Below, piece after piece: positions 1 through 10,576 of a stretch of 64,000 nt of DNA. The position numbers were made by a program, and so were the translations under genes. The stretch lies in assembly GCA_965215275.1 (NCBI GenBank), contig OZ244044.1:1632001-1696000 (forward strand), read 5' to 3'. Under the pieces are notes generated by a model. It was not told where the DNA came from. It ran no database searches and saw only the letters and a list, made by a program, of their open reading frames with translations. How positions within the stretch are numbered: the first letter of the stretch is position 1; the number at the start of each line of letters is the position of its first letter. The DNA is from Thermodesulfobacteriota bacterium. Lineage in GTDB: Bacteria > Desulfobacterota_D > UBA1144 > Nemesobacterales > JAJCZQ01.

Positions 1-204
1 GTCAGCAAAAACCAGACCGTTATAGAGGACAACGTTTTTATAGGTAGCGACAGCATGCTCGTTGCTCCTGTTAAAATAGGCAGAGGGTCCGTTACCGCCG
101 CGGGGTCTGCAATAACAAAAGACGTTGAAAAAGATTCTCTTGCTATTGAAAGAAGCCGGCAGAAGACGATAAAAGGGTGGGCCAAGAGAAAAAAAAGAGA
201 ATAA
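1..204 (+). CDS. glmU: Bifunctional UDP-GlcNAc pyrophosphorylase/acetyltransferase, 3' end (partial)
   Basis: Manual translation of frame 1: [42 protein letters not shown]...[15 protein letters not shown]; directly upstream of glmS. Confidence 0.93.
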   Translation, partial: VSKNQTVIEDNVFIGSDSMLVAPVKIGRGSVTAAGSAITKDVEKDSLAIERSRQKTIKGWAKRKKRE

Positions 205-205
205 G

Positions 206-2038
206 ATGTGTGGCATAATGGGTTATATCGGCGATCCTGGAAGTACCGTGGACGTGCTGTACGACGGTCTTAGATCTCTTGAGTACAGGGGCTATGACTC
301 TTCAGGTATCTGCGTTCTGGGCGAAAGTGGCCGGTCTGTCATAAAAAGTGAAGGCAATCTTGATAATTTAAAGGTCAAGCTGAAAGCTGAGACGGTCTCC
401 GGTAAGGTCGGTATAGGTCACACCCGCTGGGCAACTCACGGTAAACCAACGGAGCAGAACGCCCATCCTCACGTATCGGGACGTATAAGTATCGTTCACA
501 ATGGCATAATTGAGAACTTTGCAGAGTTGAGGGACGATCTGATATCGAATGGACACGAGTTTTATTCCGATACCGACACTGAAGTAGTTGCTCATTTAGT
601 GGAGTATTTTATTCAGCTTGGTAATTCGTTCGAGGGATCCGTAAGGAAAGCATTCTCAAAAGTTGAAGGTTCTTATGCAGCAGCGGTACTTTTTAATGAC
701 GAGCCTGAAAAAATTATTGCCATTAGAAAGTTCTCCCCTCTCTTGATCGCTGAAAATAAAGGTGAGAAATTCCTGGCTTCGGATTTGCAGGCCGTACTGC
801 CTCATTCAAAAAGTATAATATTTCTGGAAGATGGGGATGTTGCCGTTATCACTCCCGGCCTTGTTAAGATTACAGACGCTGAAGGAAAAGAGGTTAAAAG
901 GGTCCCTAAGACCATTAACTGGGACCCGGTATCGGTCGAGAAAGAAGGGTACCGGCACTTTATGCTGAAAGAGATATATGAACAGCCAATGGCGCTGCTG
1001 AGCACTATGAGAGAAAGGTTCGGAAGTGAACGGTGCTCGGTGTATTTTAACGAATTAAGCTCTCTTGAGATTGATGAGATCGTAAAAGTACTGATTCTCG
1101 GATGTGGCACTTCATACTACGCCGCACTTATTGGGAAATACATTATGGAATCCCTTGCACGTATACCGGTGGAAGTTGACCTGGCCTCTGAATTTCGCTA
1201 CAGGGATCATATTATTGATAAAAACACGTTAGTTATTGCAGTTTCTCAATCTGGAGAGACCGCGGATACTTCTGAGGCCTTGCTGGCTGCAAGGAAAGAG
1301 GGTGCCAGGACCATAGGTCTTACGAACGTTGAGATGAGCAAGATAGCAAGGGATTCCCATTATTCGATCTATACCAAGGCAGGTCCGGAAATAGGCGTGG
1401 CCTCTACCAAAGCTTTTACAACTCAGGTGATCAACTTTTATTTACTTTCCATCTTTTTAGGTATTAAAAAAGCCAATATAAAAAATGACAAGGCCGAGCA
1501 CCTGATCAGGGAGGTTATTTCCATTCCGAAGATCCAGAACTTGGCTTTACAACTGAACGACGAGATAAAAGTTCTGGCGAAGGAGTTTTACAACTATAAA
1601 AATTTTATATATCTTGGTCGAGGGGTCAACTATCCAGTGGCACTTGAAGGTGCACTTAAACTGAAGGAAATTTCATACGTTCATGCCGAAGGTTATGCCG
1701 CGGGTGAAATGAAACACGGTCCAATAGCATTAATTGATGAAAGTATGCCCGTTGTTGTTATTGCCCCGAAAGATGAAGTCTACTTTCAGAAGATCCTCGG
1801 GAACTTGCAGGAAATAAAAGCCAGGGGTGGCAGGATAATAGTTATTACTTCGGAAAAAAAATTGATAGATCTGGTCGATAAGAACGACAGGGTAGTCATC
1901 ATTCCAAGATGCAGCGAGTTCCTGTCCCCCTTGATCACAGTTGTGCCTTTACAGTTCCTTGCATATCATATTGCCAATACGCTGGGGACGGATATTGACC
2001 AGCCGCGAAACCTTGCCAAAGTCGTTACGGTGGAATAA
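206..2038 (+). CDS. glmS: Glutamine-fructose-6-phosphate aminotransferase
   Basis: MCGIMG N-terminus, GHTRWATHG, C-terminal PRNLAKVVTVE. Confidence 0.98.
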   Translation: MCGIMGYIGDPGSTVDVLYDGLRSLEYRGYDSSGICVLGESGRSVIKSEGNLDNLKVKLKAETVSGKVGIGHTRWATHGKPTEQNAHPHVSGRISIVHNGIIENFAELRDDLISNGHEFYSDTDTEVVAHLVEYFIQLGNSFEGSVRKAFSKVEGSYAAAVLFNDEPEKIIAIRKFSPLLIAENKGEKFLASDLQAVLPHSKSIIFLEDGDVAVITPGLVKITDAEGKEVKRVPKTINWDPVSVEKEGYRHFMLKEIYEQPMALLSTMRERFGSERCSVYFNELSSLEIDEIVKVLILGCGTSYYAALIGKYIMESLARIPVEVDLASEFRYRDHIIDKNTLVIAVSQSGETADTSEALLAARKEGARTIGLTNVEMSKIARDSHYSIYTKAGPEIGVASTKAFTTQVINFYLLSIFLGIKKANIKNDKAEHLIREVISIPKIQNLALQLNDEIKVLAKEFYNYKNFIYLGRGVNYPVALEGALKLKEISYVHAEGYAAGEMKHGPIALIDESMPVVVIAPKDEVYFQKILGNLQEIKARGGRIIVITSEKKLIDLVDKNDRVVIIPRCSEFLSPLITVVPLQFLAYHIANTLGTDIDQPRNLAKVVTVE

Positions 2039-2344
2039 GCCGTTGTTGCCTGTAGGTGCCCTTAAGCCAGCTAAAGACGTGACAGTTATCTTAACTTTTT
2101 AAGTTAAGTGGATCATATTAACAGCTGTCTTTCTCTTACGACCTTCATGCTGTTACACAAGACAGTACTATGATGATCAGAACTGCCTGCCGCCCTGATA
2201 TTTTATAACACAACGAATTTTCAGGTATCCTTGACCGAGTTTTAATTCATGTTTATACGTTTCAATGTGTATCTGAATAACCAGCAGATTCTATGATAAA
2301 ATATATCCTGTTAAGTTCTGACCTTACCCGGTATTGAAAATAAA

Positions 2345-3280
2345 ATGGAAATAATTTACAACCCTGAAGAACCATTAGCTTTTTCAACATCAGTGGCAAT
2401 AGGGAACTTTGACGGAGTTCACTTAGGACACAGGTACGTTATTGATTTTTTACGGAAGGTCTCCTCGGCAAGATCTTCAAAGTTGTGCGTCGTTACGTTC
2501 GACCCTCATCCGCAAAAAGTTCTATCAAGAAAGGAAGTAGCTCTTATTATGCCGTTTCGGGAAAAGATCAAACTACTTGAAAGCCTGGGCGTTGACGTGA
2601 CGGTTTGTTTGAGCTTTACACGGAAGTTGTCAGAAATGACCGCTGAGGATTTTGTAAAAAAAATACTGGTCGACTTACTGCGGATCAGAGACATCATCGT
2701 TGGTCCGGGTTTTATGTTCGGAAATAAAAGACTGGGAAATACTGGGCTTCTGAGCAGTCTTGGCGAAGTATACGGTTATGATACCACCGTTTTACAGCCA
2801 AAGGTTATGAACGATGAAAAAATAAGCAGCAGCCTGCTCCGCAGACACCTGCTGGATGGAAACGTTCAGGTAGCCAACGGGCTTCTGGGATATACGTTCT
2901 TTATAGAGGGAGTTGTGGTCGAAGGAGAGAAACGAGGAAGAAAGATCGGCTTTCCAACCACTAATGTCAGGACCGATTGGGAACTGCTCCCAAGGCCGGG
3001 AGTATATGCAACTTATGCGGTTATTAAGGGCAGACGTTTTAAAAGTATTACTAATATAGGCTATCGGCCGACTTTCGGTGAAAGTGACCTCCTTGTTGAA
3101 ACGTACATATTTGATTTCTCGGAGGATGTTTACGGTGCCGTCATCAGGGTTGAGTTCGTTAAAAGATTAAGGGACGAGAAGAAGTTCAACAGCGTGAACG
3201 ACTTGATTTCCAGGATAGAACTTGACGTAAAAGAAGTTAGGGACATTTTAGAAAAAGACGGCGAGGAACGTTCTTTATAA
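2345..3280 (+). CDS. ribF: Riboflavin kinase/FAD synthetase
   Basis: GNFDGVHLGH, KISSS, GFPTTN, NIGYRPTF motifs. Confidence 0.97.
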   Translation: MEIIYNPEEPLAFSTSVAIGNFDGVHLGHRYVIDFLRKVSSARSSKLCVVTFDPHPQKVLSRKEVALIMPFREKIKLLESLGVDVTVCLSFTRKLSEMTAEDFVKKILVDLLRIRDIIVGPGFMFGNKRLGNTGLLSSLGEVYGYDTTVLQPKVMNDEKISSSLLRRHLLDGNVQVANGLLGYTFFIEGVVVEGEKRGRKIGFPTTNVRTDWELLPRPGVYATYAVIKGRRFKSITNIGYRPTFGESDLLVETYIFDFSEDVYGAVIRVEFVKRLRDEKKFNSVNDLISRIELDVKEVRDILEKDGEERSL

Positions 3281-3286
3281 CAGATC

Positions 3287-4162
3287 ATGTCGGATATGAA
3301 TATAAGTTCCACTACAAGGACCTATGCAATATTTGGACATCCGGTCAAGCACAGTCTGTCGCCCGTGATGCATAATGCAGCATTCAAAGAGCTTGACATG
3401 GACGGTGTTTACGTTGCATTTGACGTAGCACCCGAAAACATAGGAATGGCCATAAACGGGATCAGGTCTCTTGGCATATCGGGTGTAAATATAACTATCC
3501 CTCACAAGGAAAGCGTAATGAACCACCTTGATGAGATCTCTGATGATGCAAAACTCGTAGGGGCGGTCAACACTATAAGCAACGAAAGGGGCAGACTGAT
3601 CGGCTACAACACGGACGTGAACGGGCTGCTGAGGGCGATCAGAGACGTTCTGAACTTTACCCCCGACGAAAAAAAGGTCCTTCTGATCGGTGCTGGCGGA
3701 GCGGCAAGGGCGGTCATAGCTGGATTGGGGCGGTCTGGCGCTTCGGAAATAGTCATTGTGAACAGAACGTTGCTCAAGGCCGAACGTCTTGCAGATGAGT
3801 TCAGTGGCCATTTCTCAAAAGTAGATATAAAGGCAGTAATGCTCGAGGACGATAAGGAGGTCAGACGGCATATACAGGAATGCGACATCCTTATAAATGC
3901 CTCTTCTGCCGGTATGAAGGAAAAAAATTTGCTGAAACTTCCTTTGCACCTGCTTTGCAGAACTGCCGTGGTGTATGATCTTGTTTATGACCCGAGAGAT
4001 ACCCAGCTTGTAAAGGACGCGAGAGAGATAGGTATTTCAGCAAGCTCAGGACTGAGCATGCTTCTTTTTCAAGGTGCCGAGGCATTTGAGATATGGAACG
4101 GGGTGCCTGCCCCGCTTAAAGCGATGAGAAAGGTCCTGGATGGAGGAAAGGATATATCATGA
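3287..4162 (+). CDS. aroE: Shikimate dehydrogenase
   Basis: HSLSPVMHN, NITIPHK, GYNTD, GAGGAARA. Confidence 0.97.
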   Translation: MSDMNISSTTRTYAIFGHPVKHSLSPVMHNAAFKELDMDGVYVAFDVAPENIGMAINGIRSLGISGVNITIPHKESVMNHLDEISDDAKLVGAVNTISNERGRLIGYNTDVNGLLRAIRDVLNFTPDEKKVLLIGAGGAARAVIAGLGRSGASEIVIVNRTLLKAERLADEFSGHFSKVDIKAVMLEDDKEVRRHIQECDILINASSAGMKEKNLLKLPLHLLCRTAVVYDLVYDPRDTQLVKDAREIGISASSGLSMLLFQGAEAFEIWNGVPAPLKAMRKVLDGGKDIS

Positions 4163-4356
4163 AAGTCGTAAGTCCTGCCGGAGAATTTGAGATCACGGTA
4201 AATGAATCAAGCGTTGAAGATGGCAAGATAGTTATTAAGGGTCAGATGGGCGTTTGGGATTCCAGTATATACATGGAGACCTCTGACGTTATTAAATTCA
4301 CAAGGATATTCCTGAACCCGAGAGTTATATGGTATCTGCTTAGATCTTTGTTCTGA
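4159..4356 (+). CDS. Small hypothetical protein
   Basis: 65-aa ORF overlapping the aroE stop (ATGA coupling), AAGGA upstream. Confidence 0.65.
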   Translation: MKVVSPAGEFEITVNESSVEDGKIVIKGQMGVWDSSIYMETSDVIKFTRIFLNPRVIWYLLRSLF

Positions 4357-4427
4357 TCTTGGTCTGCGGTATTACATGTCAGGCTACGTGCATTAAGGGA
4401 AAAAAGCCCAGAAGTGCAGATCTGGCC

Positions 4428-4910
4428 TTAGTTCTCAATAAAGTCCAGTGCGGCGGAATTTATACAGTATCTTTTTCCAGTGGGTTTGGGACCATCGTTA
4501 AAAACGTGCCCAAGGTGTTCTCCACACCTGCTTGATACGATCTCCCACCTCAGGTATCCAAGTTCACGATCAGGGAGCAGTTTAACTGCATCTTCTGAAA
4601 TAGGTTGCCAGAAACTGGGCCAGCCCGTTCCGGAGTCGTACTTGTGTTCAGAGTGAAAAACGGGCTGCTTGCATCCCGCGGTTACGTAAATCCCATCTTT
4701 CTTGTTGTTAAGCAGGTCGCCGGTGTATGGCCATTCAGTGCCTTTTTCCCATAGGACCTTGTATTCCAGAGGGGTTAGCTTTTCTTTCCACTCTTTCTTG
4801 CTTAAACCCATCACACCTTCGGGCAGTTTACTATTGCTGTCGTCGCTCAAAAGGTTCTTCATGGAAAAGGAAGCAAGTACTATAACCAGGATAAAAACGT
4901 ATTTTTTCAT
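4428..4910 (-). CDS. msrB: Peptide-methionine (R)-S-oxide reductase with N-terminal signal/anchor
   Basis: KYDSGTGWPSF, HLGHVFNDGP, RYCINSAAL; likely start MKKYVFILV at 4910. Confidence 0.95.
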   Translation of the reverse strand: MKKYVFILVIVLASFSMKNLLSDDSNSKLPEGVMGLSKKEWKEKLTPLEYKVLWEKGTEWPYTGDLLNNKKDGIYVTAGCKQPVFHSEHKYDSGTGWPSFWQPISEDAVKLLPDRELGYLRWEIVSSRCGEHLGHVFNDGPKPTGKRYCINSAALDFIEN

Positions 4911-5061
4911 TTTTAACTTATACGACCTGTCCAGTATATTGCTCTTAAATATATTACATAACGGGATCAATTCAAATTCATCTGCTGGTCATATATCTCG
5001 ATCTTGGGTTTTATTACAGCATTTATGATCGTGTAAATATACAGAGATAAAGGAGAGCAAA

Positions 5062-6456
5062 ATGCCAAAAAAATTAAAAGTTCTGACAGCGTACGACGAG
5101 AAGGTCATAAAGGAGCTGCCTTATGATAGTGCAAAGAAAGCAGAAAGAGCTCTTGCTGCCGCGAGAAGTCTTGCGGACGACAGGAGCAGATGGCTGACCG
5201 GTGCTGAGAGGATCAAGATACTTGAAAAGGCAAAATCCATAGTCGGGCAAAGGTACGACGAGATCGTAAAGACCTCATCAATGGAAGGGGGCAAACCTCT
5301 GATCGACACGAGGGCTGAACTTACAAGAGCAATAAACGGGATACAGGTAGCAATAGAGGAGGTCAGCAGGCTGACCGGCAGGGAGATAGCCATGAACATA
5401 AATGCTGCTTCGATGAACCGTATGGCATATACGTTCAGAGAACCGATCGGAGTGGTGTTTGCGATCTGTGCGTTCAATCATCCATTCAATCTCTGCATTC
5501 ATCAGGTAATAACCGCCGTTGCAACTGGATGTCCTGTTATTATCAAGCCTGCCAGTACAACCCCACTGTCGGCTGTTACACTGGTGGAAATACTGCACGA
5601 GAGCGGACTGCCGAAAGAATGGGCACAGGTACTGATCCTGGAGGACCGTATTGCTGAAAAACTGGCAACTGACAGAAGAGTCAACTACTTGACTTTTATC
5701 GGTTCTGCAAGGGTCGGATGGTATCTCAGGTCCAGGCTGGCACCTGGTACGAGGTGTGCACTTGAACATGGCGGGTCAGCACCTGTAATCTTTGAAGCCG
5801 ACGCGGACATCGATAAGGCCTTGCCGCTGCTTGCCAAAGGTGGATTTTATCACGCTGGCCAGGTCTGCGTTTCTGTTCAGAGGATATTTGCTCATCAGGA
5901 TGTTGCACGCAGAGTTGTCAGGGGTCTGGCAAAGATCGCAAAAAAGCTGAAGGTGGGTGACCCGCTGGATGGCAGGGTTGATGTTGGACCGTTGATATTG
6001 CCAAAGGAAGTTAACAGGGTTCACAGATGGGTCGGAGAAGCCGTAAGCAGGGGAGGGGAGCTTATCTGCGGCGGCAGGAAATTAAGCAGGACCTGCTATG
6101 AACCGACCGTCATACTTAATCCTCCACAGAACGTTAAGGTCTCGCGTGAGGAAATATTCGGTCCCGTGATCGCCGTCTACAGCTATAAAGACCGCAGAGA
6201 CGCCATCAAGCTGGCGAACGGTATCCCGTCTTCGTTTCAGGCAGCGATATTTACCAAGGACATTGACGCAGCGCTCGACACGGTTAAAAAGATAAACGCC
6301 TCAGCTGTTATGGTAAACGACCACACTGCTTTCAGGGTCGACTGGATGCCTTTCAGAGGTGCAAAGGAGTCCGGTATCGGAACGGGTGGTATACCTTATA
6401 CCATGCACGAAATGACGGAAGAGAAGCTAATGGTCATCAGGTCAGAGGTATTATAG
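5062..6456 (+). CDS. Aldehyde dehydrogenase family protein
   Basis: TFIGS, LEHGG, GQVCVS, EEIFGPV. Confidence 0.93.
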   Translation: MPKKLKVLTAYDEKVIKELPYDSAKKAERALAAARSLADDRSRWLTGAERIKILEKAKSIVGQRYDEIVKTSSMEGGKPLIDTRAELTRAINGIQVAIEEVSRLTGREIAMNINAASMNRMAYTFREPIGVVFAICAFNHPFNLCIHQVITAVATGCPVIIKPASTTPLSAVTLVEILHESGLPKEWAQVLILEDRIAEKLATDRRVNYLTFIGSARVGWYLRSRLAPGTRCALEHGGSAPVIFEADADIDKALPLLAKGGFYHAGQVCVSVQRIFAHQDVARRVVRGLAKIAKKLKVGDPLDGRVDVGPLILPKEVNRVHRWVGEAVSRGGELICGGRKLSRTCYEPTVILNPPQNVKVSREEIFGPVIAVYSYKDRRDAIKLANGIPSSFQAAIFTKDIDAALDTVKKINASAVMVNDHTAFRVDWMPFRGAKESGIGTGGIPYTMHEMTEEKLMVIRSEVL

Positions 6457-6543
6457 GGGTCCGGTCCGCTGTTAGCAGCTGCATATGACGTTCTGTCTGC
6501 TTCGGACCGTTCAGGAGGAGTAACGTCAGCAGTATTTTGCAGG

Positions 6544-6852
6544 TCAGAACATACCGAGACTTTCCTTTGCGTCGTCGCTCATCATGCTGGGTTCCCAGGG
6601 TGGGTCCCATACTATTTCTATATTTGCCCCGGATACTTCCGGCAGGTCTTCAAGAAGCAGTTTTGCTTCAGTTACTATCTGCGTGGCCGCGGGACAGCCG
6701 GGAGACGTCATGGTCATGTTCACGTTGACGACGTCGTTCTGTATTTCCACTCCATAAACCAGACCGAGGTTAACTATATCTACTGGTATCTCGGGGTCGT
6801 ATATATCACTTAATGTCTCATATACTTTTTTTTCGGTTACAGGTGATTTCAC
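6544..6852 (-). CDS. Metal-sulfur cluster assembly factor (SufT/DUF59)
   Basis: DPEIPVDIVNLGLVY, TSPGCP, VWDPPW. Confidence 0.93.
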   Translation of the reverse strand: MKSPVTEKKVYETLSDIYDPEIPVDIVNLGLVYGVEIQNDVVNVNMTMTSPGCPAATQIVTEAKLLLEDLPEVSGANIEIVWDPPWEPSMMSDDAKESLGMF

Positions 6853-6919
6853 TTTTTCCCTCTTTGCTGTACAATCGCTTAATGATCCGTTCTCATGTCT
6901 TGAGTACCGGTTGCTAAAA

Positions 6920-7435
6920 TTATATCAGGGATTTTACAACGTCCAAAACCGCACGGTAATCTGGTTCCTCGGATATCTCCTTTACATATTCGGCGTACCT
7001 TACGACGTTGTCTTTATCAACAACGAATATAGCCCTTGCCAGTAAGCGATTTTCCTTGATCAGCACTCCATAGGATTCTCCGAACGAGGCATGCATATAG
7101 TCAGAGATATTCCTTAAATTTTTAATCGAAGCACTGTTGCAGTATCTGTTTTGTGCAAAAGGCAGGTCCATGGAAACGGTCAGTATCTCAACGTCGTCCG
7201 GCAGGGTTGCGGATTCATCATTGAACCTCCTGGTCTGAACGTCACATACCGGTGTATCGATCGAGATTACCACGTTAAAAACCTTTACCTTGTTTTTAAA
7301 AGTGGAAAGTGATACAAAGTTGCCAAGACCTTCCACTGCTTTAAAATCAGGTGCCTTATCCCCTGCCTTGATCTCCTTTCCGATCAAGGTTAACGGATTG
7401 TTCTTCAGTGTCACGGCTGATGGTCTTTCTTCCAT
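6920..7435 (-). CDS. tpx: Thiol peroxidase
   Basis: SIDTPVC, SMDLPFAQNRYC. Confidence 0.95.
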   Translation of the reverse strand: MEERPSAVTLKNNPLTLIGKEIKAGDKAPDFKAVEGLGNFVSLSTFKNKVKVFNVVISIDTPVCDVQTRRFNDESATLPDDVEILTVSMDLPFAQNRYCNSASIKNLRNISDYMHASFGESYGVLIKENRLLARAIFVVDKDNVVRYAEYVKEISEEPDYRAVLDVVKSLI

Positions 7436-7455
7436 AATGGTTAAACCTCCTTAAC

Positions 7456-7779
7456 TTATATTTTCTTGTTGGTTTCTTCATTTATCCTGTCGGCATTTTG
7501 TTTAGCGTCAACGATCGAGTACACCCATAGTATAGCCCCTGCTATAAAATACCCGACGAACACGATCATTGTAGGGCGACTTACGCTTTGAGCATCCTCT
7601 ATCACGGCTGCTAATGGCTCCCTTATCAGAAAGTTTATTAACATGTTAAGACCGATGAAAAAGAGTCCCTTTTTTACCTCGGAGTTATATACCTGTCCAA
7701 GTCCTGGAAGAAGGGCGGACAGCACGATCGCAACGGTCGGGTTCTTTACCTTTTTATTTCCATTGCCGTCTTTGTTCAT
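7456..7779 (-). CDS. Small membrane protein (TM2/DUF5683-like)
   Basis: KNPTVAIVLSALLPGLGQVYN motif, hydrophobic helices. Confidence 0.75.
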   Translation of the reverse strand: MNKDGNGNKKVKNPTVAIVLSALLPGLGQVYNSEVKKGLFFIGLNMLINFLIREPLAAVIEDAQSVSRPTMIVFVGYFIAGAILWVYSIVDAKQNADRINEETNKKI

Positions 7780-7785
7780 CAGTAC

Positions 7786-8580
7786 CTATATCCCCGCTCT
7801 TACGTTATGGATAAACTCTCCAAGTCTGTTACCGGGACTTGAAGAGCTCATGAAAGTTTCTCCGATCAGAAAGGTACTTATACCAAGCCTCATCAGATCT
7901 CTGACCTGATAGGGATCGTTTATACCGCTTTCGCTTATCACGTGGACGTTATCCGGGACATATTTGATCAGATCCTCTGTTGTACCTGTATTTACCTCAA
8001 AAGTTTTCAGATCTCTGTTGTTTATACCGATGATCCGGCTTTCCGCCTTGATGGCTTTCTTGGTAAGTTCTTCTCTGTCGTGCACTTCAACTACTGCACT
8101 CATTCCAAGTTGATGGGTAACGTCCAGAAGTTCGGTTATCTGGGACAGCTCAAGTAACGAAGCGATCAGCAGTATTACGTCCGCACCATATAACCGTGCT
8201 TCGTAAACATGATAAGGGTCGATGGTAAAATCCTTTCTCAGAAGCGGCAGGTCTGTTCTTTCCCTTATACTTTGCAGATAGTCCAGCCTGCCTCCGAAAA
8301 ACCTTTCGTCGGTTAATACTGATAGTGCAAAAGCACCATTGCTTTTATAGGACATGGCGATCTTTACAGGATCAAAGTCACGACAGATAGTTCCCTTTGA
8401 GGGAGATCTTTTCTTGATCTCTGATATGATCTTCAGATCTTCATCTTCTGACATGAGGCCGTAGAAGTCCCTAGGGGGTGGAAGCTTTTTTATTTCTTTT
8501 TCTATCTCTGTCAGGGTATGCAGCTGCACCGAGCGTTTAAGTTCGGACCTCTTATGCTCAATAATGTCGTCAAGGATCAT
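7786..8580 (-). CDS. trpC: Indole-3-glycerol phosphate synthase
   Basis: EIKKRSPSKG, LRKDF, GINNRDL, SESGI. Confidence 0.97.
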   Translation of the reverse strand: MILDDIIEHKRSELKRSVQLHTLTEIEKEIKKLPPPRDFYGLMSEDEDLKIISEIKKRSPSKGTICRDFDPVKIAMSYKSNGAFALSVLTDERFFGGRLDYLQSIRERTDLPLLRKDFTIDPYHVYEARLYGADVILLIASLLELSQITELLDVTHQLGMSAVVEVHDREELTKKAIKAESRIIGINNRDLKTFEVNTGTTEDLIKYVPDNVHVISESGINDPYQVRDLMRLGISTFLIGETFMSSSSPGNRLGEFIHNVRAGI

Positions 8581-8585
8581 TTGTA

Positions 8586-9611
8586 TTACTGTTTCCAGTC
8601 GTTTGTGAATTTCACCAGAGCTTCCAGTTTTTTCATGGCACTGCCGCTGTCGATCGACTCTTTTGCAAGATCGACCGCTTCACTGAACTCTGAAACCGTA
8701 TCGGATACAAAGACAGCAGCGGCTGCGTTCAGCAGAGCGGCGTCTCTTTTAGCTCCTTTGTCTTTGCCGTTCAGAACGTCCAGGAGTATATCTGCGTTCT
8801 CTTTGCTGGTTTTGCCTCCAAGGACCTCTGACAGTTTATGTTTTTTGAAATTGAACTCCCTTGGGTCAAGCAGTTTTGTTTTAACTATACCGTCTTTTAA
8901 CTCCGCAATCGACGTGGAACCGGTAACGGTGATCTCGTCCATGGAATCGGTTCCATGAACAACGAGTACGTGCCTGGAACCTAAGTTCCTCAGCACTTTG
9001 GCAACGGGTTCGATCAGAAATTCATCATACACCCCTATGATCTGATGTTTAACGCTTGCGGGATTTATAATTGGTCCGATCAGGTTAAAGACGGTTCTGA
9101 TACCTATCTCTTTTCTTACTTTAGCGACGTTTTTCATTGCCGGGTGATAGACAGGGGCGAACAGGAACGTGATCCCCGTTTCCTGAAGACATTTTTCCGC
9201 TCCGGCAGGGCTTATATCGATCTTTACACCGAGTTCTTCAAGTACGTCGGCACTGCCTACATAGCTGGAAACGGACCTGTTGCCGTGCTTGGCTACCGGA
9301 ACCCCGGCACCTGCAGCCACGAACGAAGCTGCGGTTGAAATATTGAACGTTCCCTGGGTATCTCCTCCCGTTCCGCATAGGTCGACGACATTGTCGTATG
9401 AATGATCGATCTTGACTGCCTTATCTGTCATGACCTTTGCGATGCCTGTGATCTCCTGTATGGTCTCTCCCTTGATCCTCAGGGCAACGAGGAATGCCGC
9501 GATCTGACTATCGGTCAGTTCGCCGTTCATCATCCGTTCAAATATAGGTGAGATCTCAGATTCTTCTATATCCAGCCTGTTCACCAACGCTGATATCGTC
9601 TCACTTATCAT
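8586..9611 (-). CDS. trpD: Anthranilate phosphoribosyltransferase
   Basis: GTGGD, FNIST, KHGNRSVSS; start MISETI assumed. Confidence 0.97.
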   Translation of the reverse strand: MISETISALVNRLDIEESEISPIFERMMNGELTDSQIAAFLVALRIKGETIQEITGIAKVMTDKAVKIDHSYDNVVDLCGTGGDTQGTFNISTAASFVAAGAGVPVAKHGNRSVSSYVGSADVLEELGVKIDISPAGAEKCLQETGITFLFAPVYHPAMKNVAKVRKEIGIRTVFNLIGPIINPASVKHQIIGVYDEFLIEPVAKVLRNLGSRHVLVVHGTDSMDEITVTGSTSIAELKDGIVKTKLLDPREFNFKKHKLSEVLGGKTSKENADILLDVLNGKDKGAKRDAALLNAAAAVFVSDTVSEFSEAVDLAKESIDSGSAMKKLEALVKFTNDWKQ

Positions 9612-10056
9612 TTTGCTGTTCTCCTTGTTCAAATGCCAGTTTAACCTTGTCTATAACCCCGTTGATAAACGAGCCCGATTCGCCGGTCCCGTATTTTTTA
9701 GCGATATCCACTGCCTCGTTTATTGTAACGGCGTAAGGTATGTTGCTCATCTCGGTCATTTCATAGACGGCGATCCTTAAAACGTTCCGGTCTATCCTGG
9801 ACATCCTGGATATTTTCCAGTTATCTGAATGCTGTGAAATGATCTTATCAATGCGTTCAATGTTCGCACACACGCCCTTTACCAGAAAGACCATAAATTC
9901 TTTTATATCTTTATCAGCAGGGAGGTTATCTATAATAGAAAAGTTTTTTAACTCTCCATCAACGTCTAATTTCTGTTTATTTTTATCACGTGAAAGGATA
10001 TCTATCTGATAAAGAAATTTCAGTGCTTGTTCTCTGGCAAGCCTTCGTTTTCCCAT
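9601..10056 (-). CDS. nusB: Transcription antitermination factor
   Basis: RRLAREQAL, INEAVDIAKKYG, FINGVID. Confidence 0.96.
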   Translation of the reverse strand: MGKRRLAREQALKFLYQIDILSRDKNKQKLDVDGELKNFSIIDNLPADKDIKEFMVFLVKGVCANIERIDKIISQHSDNWKISRMSRIDRNVLRIAVYEMTEMSNIPYAVTINEAVDIAKKYGTGESGSFINGVIDKVKLAFEQGEQQNDK

Positions 10057-10065
10057 TGTGGATGG

Positions 10066-10527
10066 TTATAACGATCTGGCAAGATTTGCCATCTCGATTG
10101 CCGATAAAGCGGCGTCACTTCCTCTGTTACCCCCTTTGACTCCTGCTCTGTCGATCGCCTCTTCAACGCTTCCTGTTGTGAGAACACCAAGGGCCACCGG
10201 AACCTCGACGTCCAGAGCTACCCTGGCAAGATCGCTTGTAACCTGAGCGGCAAGGACCTCATAATGTATCGTCTGTCCTTTTATAATGGAACCAATGGCG
10301 ATCACGGCCTCATATTTTTTTGTATTAGCTGCTTTCAGAACGGCAAGTGGCAGCTCGAACGATCCGGGGACCCTTATGAGGTCAATGTCGGATTCCAGAG
10401 CACCGTGTCTTAGCAGCGTACTGTTCGCACCCTCTACGAGCTGCTTGGTTATCAGTTCGTTAACTCTGCTTGCCACTATGGCGAACCTGAGTCCTTCTGC
10501 GTTTAATGAGCCTTCTTTTATGTTCAT
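10066..10527 (-). CDS. ribH: 6,7-dimethyl-8-ribityllumazine synthase
   Basis: VPGSFELP, GVLTT...AIDRAG. Confidence 0.96.
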   Translation of the reverse strand: MNIKEGSLNAEGLRFAIVASRVNELITKQLVEGANSTLLRHGALESDIDLIRVPGSFELPLAVLKAANTKKYEAVIAIGSIIKGQTIHYEVLAAQVTSDLARVALDVEVPVALGVLTTGSVEEAIDRAGVKGGNRGSDAALSAIEMANLARSL

Positions 10528-10576
10528 ACGTTCGTCGTTACCCCTTTTTTATCCAGATAATAACTGAATAAAATAT

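Noticed and set aside
2000..2344. attTn7 site at the glmS 3' end; possible glmS ribozyme
   Set aside because: No Tn7 end or tns genes follow (ribF is next), and glmU abuts glmS, leaving no room for a ribozyme. The short palindrome near 2091-2109 alone is not informative.
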